NCBI GenBank assembly: GCA_973895155.1
Contig: OZ316895.1
Location: 8,916,184 to 8,980,183 of the forward strand
DNA length: 64,000 bases
Direction of reading: 5' to 3'
Origin: Marsupella aquatica
Lineage: Eukaryota > Plantae > Marchantiophyta
Shown here: one piece after another, positions 26,101-35,990 of the stretch
Position numbering within the stretch: position 1 is the stretch's first letter
How the letters are laid out: each line of letters opens with the position of its first letter
The notes under the pieces: generated by a model
The model's input: the letters and a program-made list of their open reading frames with translations, nothing else
Database searches by the model: none
Told to the model about the DNA's origin: nothing
Made by a program: the position numbers and the translations under genes

Positions 26101-26783
26101 TTTTTACCATGGTTGAGTAAAAGGAAGAAGTTTAGCAACCCTTGAGTTGTTGTGAAATGTTCAATAAATGCTAGAGTGTGCCTATAATGATATTGGAAGA
26201 TCAATGAGATTTGTGACCAATACATTTGGAAGATTCACCAAAGAGGAAATTGACATTTGCACAAAACTCAACCAAGCAATCTTAAGGATTGTAGGAGAAG
26301 TAAGCCAATTCGAGTATCCTAGTACCGTCCTCAACAGGACCAGAAAAGTGTCCCGGGTTGATTTACGTTCATATTTTCTAAATTCAATAGATGGAGGAGA
26401 GTTGCTACGAGAAATCAAAAAGCAAGTATAATATTGATTTCCGAATCTTAAATTAGGCCATAATCCTTATTGAAGGAGTGGTGATGGTCAAAAATTCAAT
26501 TCCCTTGCACTTTGAAAACTCCTATCTACTCTCTCTCTAGTTTCAATCTTTGTTAATTCTAGTCTTTATTATTGCACTATGAATCTTAAGGATTACCCAC
26601 TTGAGTTTGTGGTTAAACACTTATGTTAAGAAGATCATTAGAAATCTCTCCAACCTAAGAATGTTGGTGTAAACTTCTCAAATCATGTTAATTAGGTCTT
26701 TTCTATCTTATCCACTCCTAACCGGAACGAAATCGAGTTGTTAAGGAATAAATAGTCATTTATCTCTTTATCACCTTGCTACA
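23183..26783. mobile_element. 3601-bp LTR-retrotransposon-derived insertion (putative solo LTR)
   Basis: Starts TGT and ends ACA; 5-bp TSD GAAAT (23178-23182, 26784-26788); no gag/pol and no terminal direct repeats seen. Confidence 0.85.
24051..25793 (+). pseudogene. ~580-codon retroelement accessory ORF (conserved N-terminal domain, acidic linker, coiled coil) with one premature stop
   Basis: ORF-track entries 23961-24383 and 24390-25793 are in the same frame, separated by a single TAG (24381-24383, plausibly TGG). Motifs SKDGF..CLDP..FLLPLLYPEKPRRVT..VNWAK..LSCYLVHLY recall bryophyte TE-associated hypothetical proteins (from memory). Confidence 0.75.
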
Positions 26784-28595
26784 GAAATTATAGTCGGCTA
26801 GCACTGCAGCCATCGAAGTAAAAACAGATTTCTTGGACTGATATCTGTTACCTAGCCGATTTTTCCGTCCTGCCCCAAAAATTGCATTGTAATTATCTTG
26901 TATCTCTAAGTAGTCCACGATCAGAGCGTAGTCTTTCCTAGTCAACTTCGTCCCTACTCCCTAGTGGCTTCCCGCTCCTGCCCTCGCGGCTTGAGTTGCT
27001 GCCATTCCTGCTGGCATTGGTGAAGCCTGCAACGCACTCCTTGCTTCTCCTGTGAGAACTTGCAGGGGCACAGAGGGAATCACTGTGCGTGGAGGGATAG
27101 AAACGAGTCCTCCGACATGAGTCAGGCCCTGAACATCAAACGATTCCTCTGCCATTCGAAGTTCCATCTCGCTTTTGATACCCAGCTCCCACACGACAAT
27201 CAACTTTGAAAACTCGAGTTTGGGTCTTGGTGCGATACTTCATAAAGCTTGCGCCCAAGCTCACGTTCAAAATTGCGGTTGACCTCATGGACTGTCGGCA
27301 GTAGTGGGCGTTTCAGAATTTAAATGCAAACGATAGGTCTGGCCGCGACAAGCACCTCCTACCGCGGGCAGCGTCTTACGGGGCCTAACAAATTATGGGC
27401 AGACAAAAAGTTATCGCCCATGAAAAACCCCCACGGCACAAGTTACGGGCATTGGACAAGTTCCACGGCAAAATGTCCCAGGCACATATTTGAGACCCCC
27501 TAATAGATTTATTTTTTTTGTCAGCCACTTTTCAACCTAGCCACAGACCCTGTTTGATGGTAACAAATTATTCTAAGAAATCAAGGATTATTATGGGTAA
27601 CAAATTATTTGAAAAAACTACAGTAGATAATGAATATTCTTAGCCTCTTCTCCTTCATGAAAGGCTCTGGCTAAAAAGATTATCTATGCAAGTCCTGGGA
27701 ATTTAAGGGTTTCTTGCCACCCTGCCCATATCACCTGTTGTGAAGGGGAAGATGCTAAGAATATTCCTCATCTTGTTTTTCTTAGGTTAATATAACTTGA
27801 CAGGCTTGCCATTTCCATAGCCACCCACCTTGTTAGTAGACAGGTGTGAATGCTCTTACTCCTTAGTTTGAAACTCTGGTAACCTAGAGCCAAAGCTACA
27901 GACTCCTTACTTACAAGAGTGTAATAGTGATATAGACTAGCACAAATAGACTAACACAAATACCCATTGCTGTGAACAGGAAGGGTCCCCTGTGCCCAGA
28001 CTCCCATGCCCATGCAGGGCCATTCCTTATTCACAGGTATAGTCTAAATATCAATTTTCTGCTACAAGAGAAAGCCAACTTATGACTTTACGGGGCTTCA
28101 CTGTACTAAATAGGTCATAATAGTAGCCCCCAATCAAGAATTATAGTATAGATTATTATTATATATGTGTCACGTGCCCTTTACCTTGGCTTACCTCCCA
28201 GTGTCATAAGTGACTCCCCTCCCGACCTTACTTGGATTAACTTGGCCCGACACTAGAAATCCAGGCACTTCCTCACTTATGTCCTATAACTGGTACCATA
28301 TTGTACCTCCATACGAAGCATTCAAACCATGCATGTCTTGATTGCACAGTTACTATATAGTATGCTCATCCTGGAACATGCTTGGTTTTTTTGTCTTGTA
28401 GTGATCTCAAAGTAAATAAAATATGAGGATAAAATAATGCCAGTAAAGTACTTGCCAAGAAAAACACACTTACCAATGAAAAGTACTAAGTGCTACTATG
28501 TGCACTTAATTCAATGTGCCTTATGAATATGAATGACACTCATTTCAATAAAAACCATAAACTTAGGAAAGAAAGACATGAGTGAAACTTAATAC

Positions 28596-29270
28596 ATATA
28601 GCATGCTCATCCTGGAACATGCTTTACTTTTTGTCTTGTAGTGATATTAAGTGGACAAAATTAAAGAGTAAGACTAGAATACATATTAAATGTGAATGAA
28701 ATCAAATAATATAAATAAAGTACATGCAATAAAAGCACATAGTGACCAATGGAAAGTACAATTTCATTACACAAAGTTGCTACGAGTTGTGCACCATGAA
28801 ATCAAATAATATAAATAAAGCACATGCAATAAAAGCACATAGTGACCAATGGAAAGTACAATTTTATTACACAAAGATCTTACTAGTTGTGCACGTATTT
28901 CAGTGTGTCTTATTAATGACTTTTATTCAATAAAAACCATAAACTTAGGAAAGAAAGCCACAAGGGGACCTTAAGACAGGATGTGCTGACATTTCTTAGA
29001 ATCATTCCTCTCACTCATGAGTATACTTAAAAGCATTAGAAAATGAAACCCTTAGTTTCTCTCTAGGACTTAACAAAGTTTACAAATTATAGGGGCTGCC
29101 AAAATAAATTCAAAACACTATAGAATACCAAAAATTTAAAGGGGTCCTAAAATGAATTAAAAGTCTATGTGATACAAAGGATGCCCCTTGTTAAGGTACA
29201 TTCAAATAAATATTCATGATACACAATTATGAATAAGACAAAACATGAGAGTTGGATTCACCATATAGCA
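28596..29270 (+). repeat. ~680-bp dispersed direct repeat, copy 1 (copy 2 at 60562-61242)
   Basis: Near-identical sequence, which also gives the near-identical 63-aa ORFs at 28742 and 60714. It begins with a CACTA right end and contains a ~100-bp internal tandem duplication. Confidence 0.95.
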
Positions 29271-29963
29271 CCTTCAAAAAAATAGACACTAAGTGTTCAT
29301 GTTATTCAGAATCATTTCTCTCACTCACAAGAATACTTTGTTCAAGTGGTGGAGCCCTTGGTGTCATATCTCTAATAGATCACTAACTTTATAAGTTATA
29401 AGGGGGCAGCCAAAAGAAGTTTAAATACTCTAGAATACCTAAAATTAAAGTGGTCTAAAAATCAATTTAAATTGTCTATGATACAAATTGAAATAAAAAT
29501 ATATGACACAAAATTTGAATAAGACAAAATGTGAAAGGTAGATTCACCATTATAGCATCTTCAAAAATTATTTTTCTAAGTGGCCTCTGGGGTGGCCTAT
29601 TTGCTGAAAGACAAGGGATACAAAAGGAATGGAAATGGGCCTGCAATCAATAGCTGAGCGTTCTCAGACTCATAACATGAGACACCTGGGTGGTATCCTA
29701 GTGCTAGCAGACCTGTCGCAAAGGTTGAGATAAAGGTTATAAGGCAAAGGGTTCCCTTGTGAAGAGAATCGTGCACAACGTAGTGAAATGGGTAATTTGC
29801 TTTGACTGGGGTTGGAAGACCCCTACGTGATTGAACCACATTTCCCTCAAAAATCCCCCCCCCCAAGCTTGTGGAACAAAATCCAAGCCACCCAAAAAAT
29901 TGCACGAAGGCCAAAGAACCTAGACAGAGGAGAAAATACCCATACACTGAGGATACCATGAAA

Positions 29964-31457
29964 GAGAGATATACTTAGTGGACCTCCAAATGCACCTTTT
30001 TCTCTTAATGGACCAAAAGTTGCACACGCCCTCCCAATGGACCTCCGGGCCCACCAGAGGTGCCATTTCGTGTGAGATGTTCTTCTAACACATTGTGCGG
30101 TTCTTATAGCGCAAGATTGTCACTGTAAAACACAACATGTTCTACTGCTCTTCAGTGTCCGACCGCATCGCCGAACGCGGTCGACTACGATTGCAGTTCC
30201 GAGTGAATCAATGTATCCCACAATGTATACATTGACCGCAATGCATACAAACATGAACCGTCACTTTGGCAAGGGGGGGAGGGCGTTTTGTAAAGTTGGA
30301 GGGACAATTTTTTTTTCTAAGTGTGAAATCTAAATACAACTTTTAAAGTGTATACATGACAAATCATATCTCTGTGTTGTAATACAAAAGGTTTTGATTA
30401 TTTGGGCAGGCTTCGATGGGGGGCGTCTTCGTACGTAAAGTCGGAAAGAATTCTAATTTTGAAATCCAAATGCAACGTGCAAAGTGTATACATGAAAAAT
30501 CATATATGTGTGTTGTAATACAATAGGTTTTGTCCATTTGGGCAGGCTTCGGAGGGGGGCGTCTTCGTAAAGTCAGAGGGACAAATTTTTTTTCTAAGTG
30601 TGAAATCTAAATACAGCGTGCAAAGTATATACATGACAAATCATATTTCTATGTTGAAATACAATAGGTTTTGTCCATTTGAGCAGGCTTCGGCGGGGGG
30701 CATCTTCGTAAAGTCGGAGGGACAATTTTTTTCTTAAGTGTGAAAATCTGAATACAACGTGCAAAGTGTATACATGACAAATCATATTTTTGTGTTGTAA
30801 TACGATAAGTTTTGTCCATTAATTTGGGAAGGCTTCGACAGGGGGGTGTCTTCCTCGTAAAGTCGGGGGGAAATGTGCATACAACATGCATATTGTATGC
30901 AAGACACAAATATATTGTTCTATGTTGAACAGGTTTTGGTTCTGTTCATTATAGCAAGCCTTGCTGCCTGTATGTAAGGCAGGGGACACCTGACTTTGTT
31001 TAAGTGCGATCTTTGAATACAATGTCCACTATGTATCCAAAGTAGACGCAACCTAGAATCACGACGTACGTGTCATTGCATGCGTAGAGTGAATACATTG
31101 ACCATGTTGTATTGTTCTAGATTGCGGCTATTGTAGTTTGAATACAATAGCCATATTGTATTCACAAAAACTAGGGAGCCATGATGTTGCAGCGCTCGAT
31201 TACGGTCAGGGCTACGATGCATGTGGACTGCGACGTTATCAATGGCCTACTACACATGACCAACCACGATGTCCACAGGGTACGTAGTGGACCTGAACTG
31301 TGTGGTAAGGTGTTTCAGAAGAACATGCTTGTACGGAGTGGGCCCAGGGGTCCATTGGGAGACAATCTAAACGTTGGGGTCCACTGGGAGGGCGTGTGCA
31401 ACTTTTGGTCCATTAAGAGAAAAAGTTGCATTTGGAGGTCCACTAAGTATATATCTC
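29964..31457. mobile_element. Non-autonomous Mutator-like element (MULE), ~1.5 kb
   Basis: ~80-bp TIR GAGAGATATACTTAGTGGACCTCCAAATGCA...GTTGCACACGCCCTCCCA; exact 10-bp TSD TACCATGAAA (29954-29963, 31458-31467). Confidence 0.93.
30285..30870. repeat. Tandem array, ~140 bp unit, about 4 copies, inside the MULE
   Basis: Recurring gtaaagtcggagggacaa...tgtgaaatctaaatacaac...atacatgacaaatcatat...ggcaggcttcg. Confidence 0.9.
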
Positions 31458-33505
31458 TACCATGAAAAGTAACCCAGGGGATTAAGTGGTCCCTGTATCA
31501 CAAGAGTTTCCCAAAGGTATGATTACTGTATTTGGAGACCAATCGTATACGAACATATGGCACCAAAAGTAATATTTCAGCTCACAAATTGTCTCCATCC
31601 ATGTTGAGTGGGGGGCCGGCTAGATATCCTAGTACTCAGTGGTTTTGTAACATCCTTGAGTAACCGCCCAGCCCCCAACGTGGCACTCCCTCATGCCTGG
31701 TTTCACAGTTGGCTTACCCAAATTTCCATAATAGCTGGTTTACCCAAATTTCAATAATAGTGGGCTTCGGTGCACATCAGGCAAGATCAAGAGACCTGCT
31801 TTGCCTCTCCTGTCCCACTGGCCTCTCCCTTCCTCTTTTAATTGAAATCTGTTACAACTGTAAGAATTTATTTATTTTATTTGAACAAAGAAATAATACT
31901 ATTACATCATTGTAAGAATTTACATCAGTAATGTGATTGCAAGTCGGCATCCATTTTAGACTTGAATTCTAAAAGGCCAGCCAGGTTGTAAAAGCAGCAA
32001 GTTCAGATTGGATGTAAACGTGTGGTTCAATTTTTGCCCAAGTTTTTGGTTGAAGGCATCTTAGTTTGTGGTAGGTCTAACACCAATCAAAGAAAGGGGG
32101 ACCCTCAACTTGCTGGGGAAACATTCTTAGCTGCATAGACTTTAATTAAGGGAAGAAGAAGCAATATAGACTTTCAATTGGAATGGAGTAATAGGTCATC
32201 TTAGCTTTAAATATGAATCTTTATTCCCGTCTTTATTCACAACCAACAAGCGAGGTACAAGTGGACATAACATGATTGTGGAGAAAGGACACGGGAAGAA
32301 CACCGTTGAACTATATTTCACTACACTAGCGCCCCCCCAAAGTTATTTCTAATTACTAATTAACCCCAAAAACTATATGGGTTACATAAACCACCCAGGG
32401 AAATCCACCATTGGTCTGCAGCGTGTACCCACAGTGGTCAGCTTAAATCTTTGCCTGTGCAGGCATTGCTGCATCCCCATCACGACTATGCCGGCCTCCA
32501 CTCTTTCAACTCACCATCATCTCTTCTCCCCATTGGATTTCATCTCTACTTCCACTTTGTAGCCCTAAACTTTTGCCTGAGGAGAGCATTGACACAAAAT
32601 TCAAGAGAATTGCAATGGGGGTGACTTACAAAGGGCCACCAAGATGGGAGGGTGAAGTTGCAAGGCGGGAGACTGTGGGGGAGACTGAGTCATATATAGT
32701 TGCAAAGGAGGGAGGTGGACAGGAGTAGTCGCAATGGGGGCAATACTGGCAGTGTCTGGTTGAATGGTTATTAAGCTGACCACCATGGGTCAGGCACAGA
32801 CCAATAGGGGGTGGCCCTGTGTCGTTTACATAAGCCACTTACAATTTAGGGGCAGGCTGATAAATGAAATAGACTGGGTCAGGTTAGTTAATAATAACAG
32901 TGAGCCATGGACATCATTTGTCAAAGTGATAAAATTTAGTCCCCACTATTGAGACAAGGAAAAAAAGTGGATGCCTATAGTATTTCCAAGTAGCAAAAAC
33001 ACTCGAAAGATAATGAAACTAGTTCTCCATGAAAAGTGGGGGTCTTCCAAGAAGCAAGGATATTCAAGTGATGATGAAACTAGTTTCTCCATATGAGGTG
33101 GTGGTCAATACACTTTCATCTGCAATTGATAGAGGAATATGCTTAAAGCTCCAAACTCTCAGAATGTGCCCAAAGAACAGATTGTTCTTCCAAGTGTCCT
33201 TCTGGGATCATGTCTAACCACACCGTGGCTCAGGTTGAGTCTTTAAAAGTGCTTTTCTGGCAAACAAGCAACAGTTCAATTCTAAAGATATCTAGCTATA
33301 GTTGATTGCCACACCTACAGTAGTGTGGCTGATGTCACCTTTGGCAATGTGACGTTTGTTCTCATTTCAAGTCTCGTTTGTTTTGATATGAATGAAGTTT
33401 GTGCGCCTGGGGGCCTTGCCCCACTCAACTCAAAAGGGTAAAATAAAAATCAAGATACCACCAAGTAAAGTTTGGATGGAAAGGGGGTTTGCTGTGAAGC
33501 CCCCA

Positions 33506-33654
33506 TGGATTTCCATGCTGGAATGGATTAACTCAGAACATCAAAATCTGCTTGGATTGCACTCTTTACAGTCACATATGAGTCAAAACTGTAAAGAGTG
33601 CAATCCAAGCAGATTTTGATGTTCTGAGTCAATCCATCCCAGCTTGGAAGTCCA
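33506..33654. repeat. Near-perfect foldback (~67-bp arms, ~15-nt loop)
   Basis: Inner 42 bp are perfectly complementary (actcagaacatcaaaatctgcttggattgcactctttacagt / reverse complement); 4 mismatches in the outer arms. Confidence 0.92.
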
Positions 33655-34285
33655 CAATTATAAGAGTGTAATAGTGATATAGTCACCTATAAGTCGCGGC
33701 TCAACTATTCAGGACGTCCTTCATAAAAGTGAGGTGTCCTTTCCCAAAGTGGTAAGTTGGTGCTTGTGCCCAAGCATTGAGGGAGTTCTTCACAAAAATG
33801 AAGCATCTGTTGGCAATTAGTTGATCATATTTGACCATCTTTGCACACATGGGCAATGTACCAAATGATTTTAGAAAAATTGAAACTTTGTCAGGGAATA
33901 GGGTGGATGTTAGAAAATCTGCTGGACAATTTTGAGCTGCAACAAAGATCCAAAAGTTGTGTAACTAAATGCACAAGTTTTCTCAAAACTAGCATTTCAT
34001 AGTTGGCCAGGACACCTGGAAAAACTACTCAGGGCATCCTCAAAAGTGAAACTTTCTTCTTAACATAGCCTGACAATGTGGATTTTGGGTGTAAAGTGAA
34101 ACAGTGTGTGTCAGAGTGGGCAAAACAAACCCCTTGGTCCATCCGGGCTTAATTTTCCTACTTACCATAACAAAATTGTTACTTGTAGGCTAGGAAGCTC
34201 ACACATGTCAGTAATGGTTCAGAAATCCAAGATGACAACTTTTTGTTTGTCCTGGAAATGAATGCTTCACTTGTTTGATGTGACG

Positions 34286-35072
34286 GGCAACTTGCCGAGT
34301 TGCCCGGCACGTAAACTCGGCATTTGCCGGCCTGAAATGCTCTCATTTGACGCATATTCGCCATTATTCCCCAGCTCGGCCCGAACTCCTCCCGGCCTCT
34401 TCCCGGACCCGGCCCAGCCCGGCCCGGGTGAAAGGAGGCCCGGGAGGAGGGTGGAGGGAGGCCCGGCCCGGGTGGAGGAGGGAGGGAGGCCCGGCCCGGG
34501 TGGAGGAGGGAGGGAGGCCCGGCCCGGGTGAAGGGAGGCCCGGGAGGGGGGAGGCCTTTAGGGTCCGGGCCGGGGGGGGGGGCCTTTAGGGTCCGGGCCG
34601 GGGGGGGGGCTTTAGGGTCCGGGCCGGGAGGGCTGTAGGGTCCGGGCCGGGTGGGGGCCTTTAGGGTCCGCGCCGGGAGGGCTTTAGGGTCCGGGGGGGG
34701 CTTTAGGGTCCAGGCCGGGAGGGTGAAGGGTCCGGGGCGGGGGGGGGGGGGGGGCGTTAGGGTCCGGGCCGGGAGGGTGAAGGGTCCGGGGCGGGGGGGG
34801 GCATTAGGGTCCGGGCCGGGAGGGTGAAGGGTCCAGGGCGGGGGAAGTTTAGGGTCCGGGGTCGGGAGGGTGAATGGTCCGGGGTCGGGAGGGTGAAGGA
34901 TCCGGGGTCCGGGCCGGGGGGGTTTAGGGTCCGGGGCCGGGAGGGAAGAGGACCGGGAGTACTCAGGCCGGGACCGGATTTATTCGGGCCGGGACCGGAT
35001 GATGCCGACCGGGTGTCGGCTTGCCGGTTGACGGCCTTAAAACGGCCTATTTGCCGGGCAAGTCCAAACCGG
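34286..35072 (+). repeat. G-rich minisatellite with interspersed TTTAGGG, bounded by short inverted motifs
   Basis: Units gaggcccggcccgggtggagg, then (c)tttagggtccgggccggg / gtgaagggtccgggg; inverted ttgcccggca / tgccgggcaa near the two ends. Confidence 0.85.
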
Positions 35073-35757
35073 GCTTAGCAAGACAGGGTCCATAGTGGGG
35101 CCAGGTAGGAGGAACCCACGGACAGCAAGGGTGTTCCATCTGGCATAGTAGATACTCTAGTGCCAAACCAGTTAGTGCATGACCTGCTATTAATTCTGTA
35201 TTGAAATACCCCAAAAATCTAGAAAGTAGTGCCCGAATGAAAACTGAGGCATGGTGTACAACTAGTCTAGAATGTGACAATTAGTGCAAAGCTTTATATA
35301 AACAAATGATAGTTACTTACTTTTTTCCAGGCTCAAATAAGGATCACAAATGTTCAGTTATTGTAGTTAATCAGGGTTAGCAACTTAAGTGGTCAATGAC
35401 GAATCAATCCTGAATACACCTAGACATGAGTAGTTTATGTGGGGGGGGGGGGGGGCGGGCAAGACTTGTTTATTGGATACTACAAGTGGTCTTGTTGGAG
35501 CAACAAGTAGCCATCAGATGCTACAAGATGTCTTTGTTCATTCACTTGGGGGACTTATGGATCTCCATTTAAGCTGAAATTTGGTCAGCATGGTCTCCAA
35601 TTTCCAATCTATTACACATCAAAGTCTGGAGATTTGCATGGAGATGATCAAATATTATGATATTGGTGCTACTCAATCAATATTCACATATTAATATTCA
35701 ATACCTTGTTTTCAGTTGACCCCATGTAAAATTCTCCAGTTCAAAGTGAACTCTGTT

Positions 35758-35990
35758 TATAAATCAGCTTTAAGTACTTTGTCACTAAAGATGTTCTGAT
35801 TGATAATACTGCCATTGTTGTTTTTGTATTTATAAAAATGTCACGGTTTCATATATGGGTGACAGGTTTACTAAGATAACCAGGGGAACTATATACATAA
35901 ACCGTGACATTTTAGTAAATACAAAAAAATAGTGGAAGTATTGTAAATTCAAAACATCTTTAGTGACAATGTACTTAAAAGCTATTTATA
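35758..35990. mobile_element. Palindromic AT-rich MITE-like foldback
   Basis: ~100-bp imperfect arms (tttaagtactttgtcactaaagatgtt / aacatctttagtgacaatgtacttaaa; aaaatgtcacggttt / aaaccgtgacatttt) in a TA context. Confidence 0.75.

Larger units (their letters stand above)
22156..27167 (-). pseudogene. Myb/SANT-like ORF2 of the Harbinger-type element, split by a 3.6 kb insertion
   Basis: Removing 23183-26783 plus one TSD restores in-frame ...VLADYNF|PKMDGANLAKRFGRYQDMYKKA..STGGG..LEQKLDKMCPLCDRMHAICGERAN. ATG at 27167; nonsense codon at 26961-26963; acidic/Pro-rich and coiled-coil C-terminal part. The 3' end is approximate. Confidence 0.8.
18644..27501. mobile_element. PIF/Harbinger-superfamily (PHIS, Pangu-like) DNA transposon with three ORFs
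   Basis: 21-bp TIR AGGGGGTCTCAAATATG(G/T)GCC with 1 mismatch; AAT duplicated at 18641-18643 and 27502-27504; contains a DDE_Tnp_4-type transposase and a convergent Myb-like ORF2. Confidence 0.9.
18129..28403. mobile_element. Non-autonomous CACTA (EnSpm)-ended element, ~1.4 kb once the nested insertion is removed
   Basis: Left end CACTACAAGACAAAA...agcatgttccaagatgaacat; right end atgctcatcctggaacatgct...TTTTGTCTTGTAGTG, an imperfect ~40-bp TIR. Subterminal ~38-bp tandem repeats at ~18250-18345. Flanks share AT but no perfect 3-bp TSD. A second right end at 28643 is an alternative boundary. Confidence 0.7.

Noticed and set aside
28742-28933. 63-aa ORF repeated at 60714-60905
   Set aside because: GTG start, AT-rich and inside a duplicated repeat; the similarity reflects DNA duplication, not protein conservation.
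33029-33217. VSFWDHV motif suggestive of an L1 LINE remnant
   Set aside because: A single short motif with no supporting RT motifs identified.
34262-35078. Gly/Pro/Arg-rich ORFs
   Set aside because: Translation artefacts of the G-rich minisatellite.
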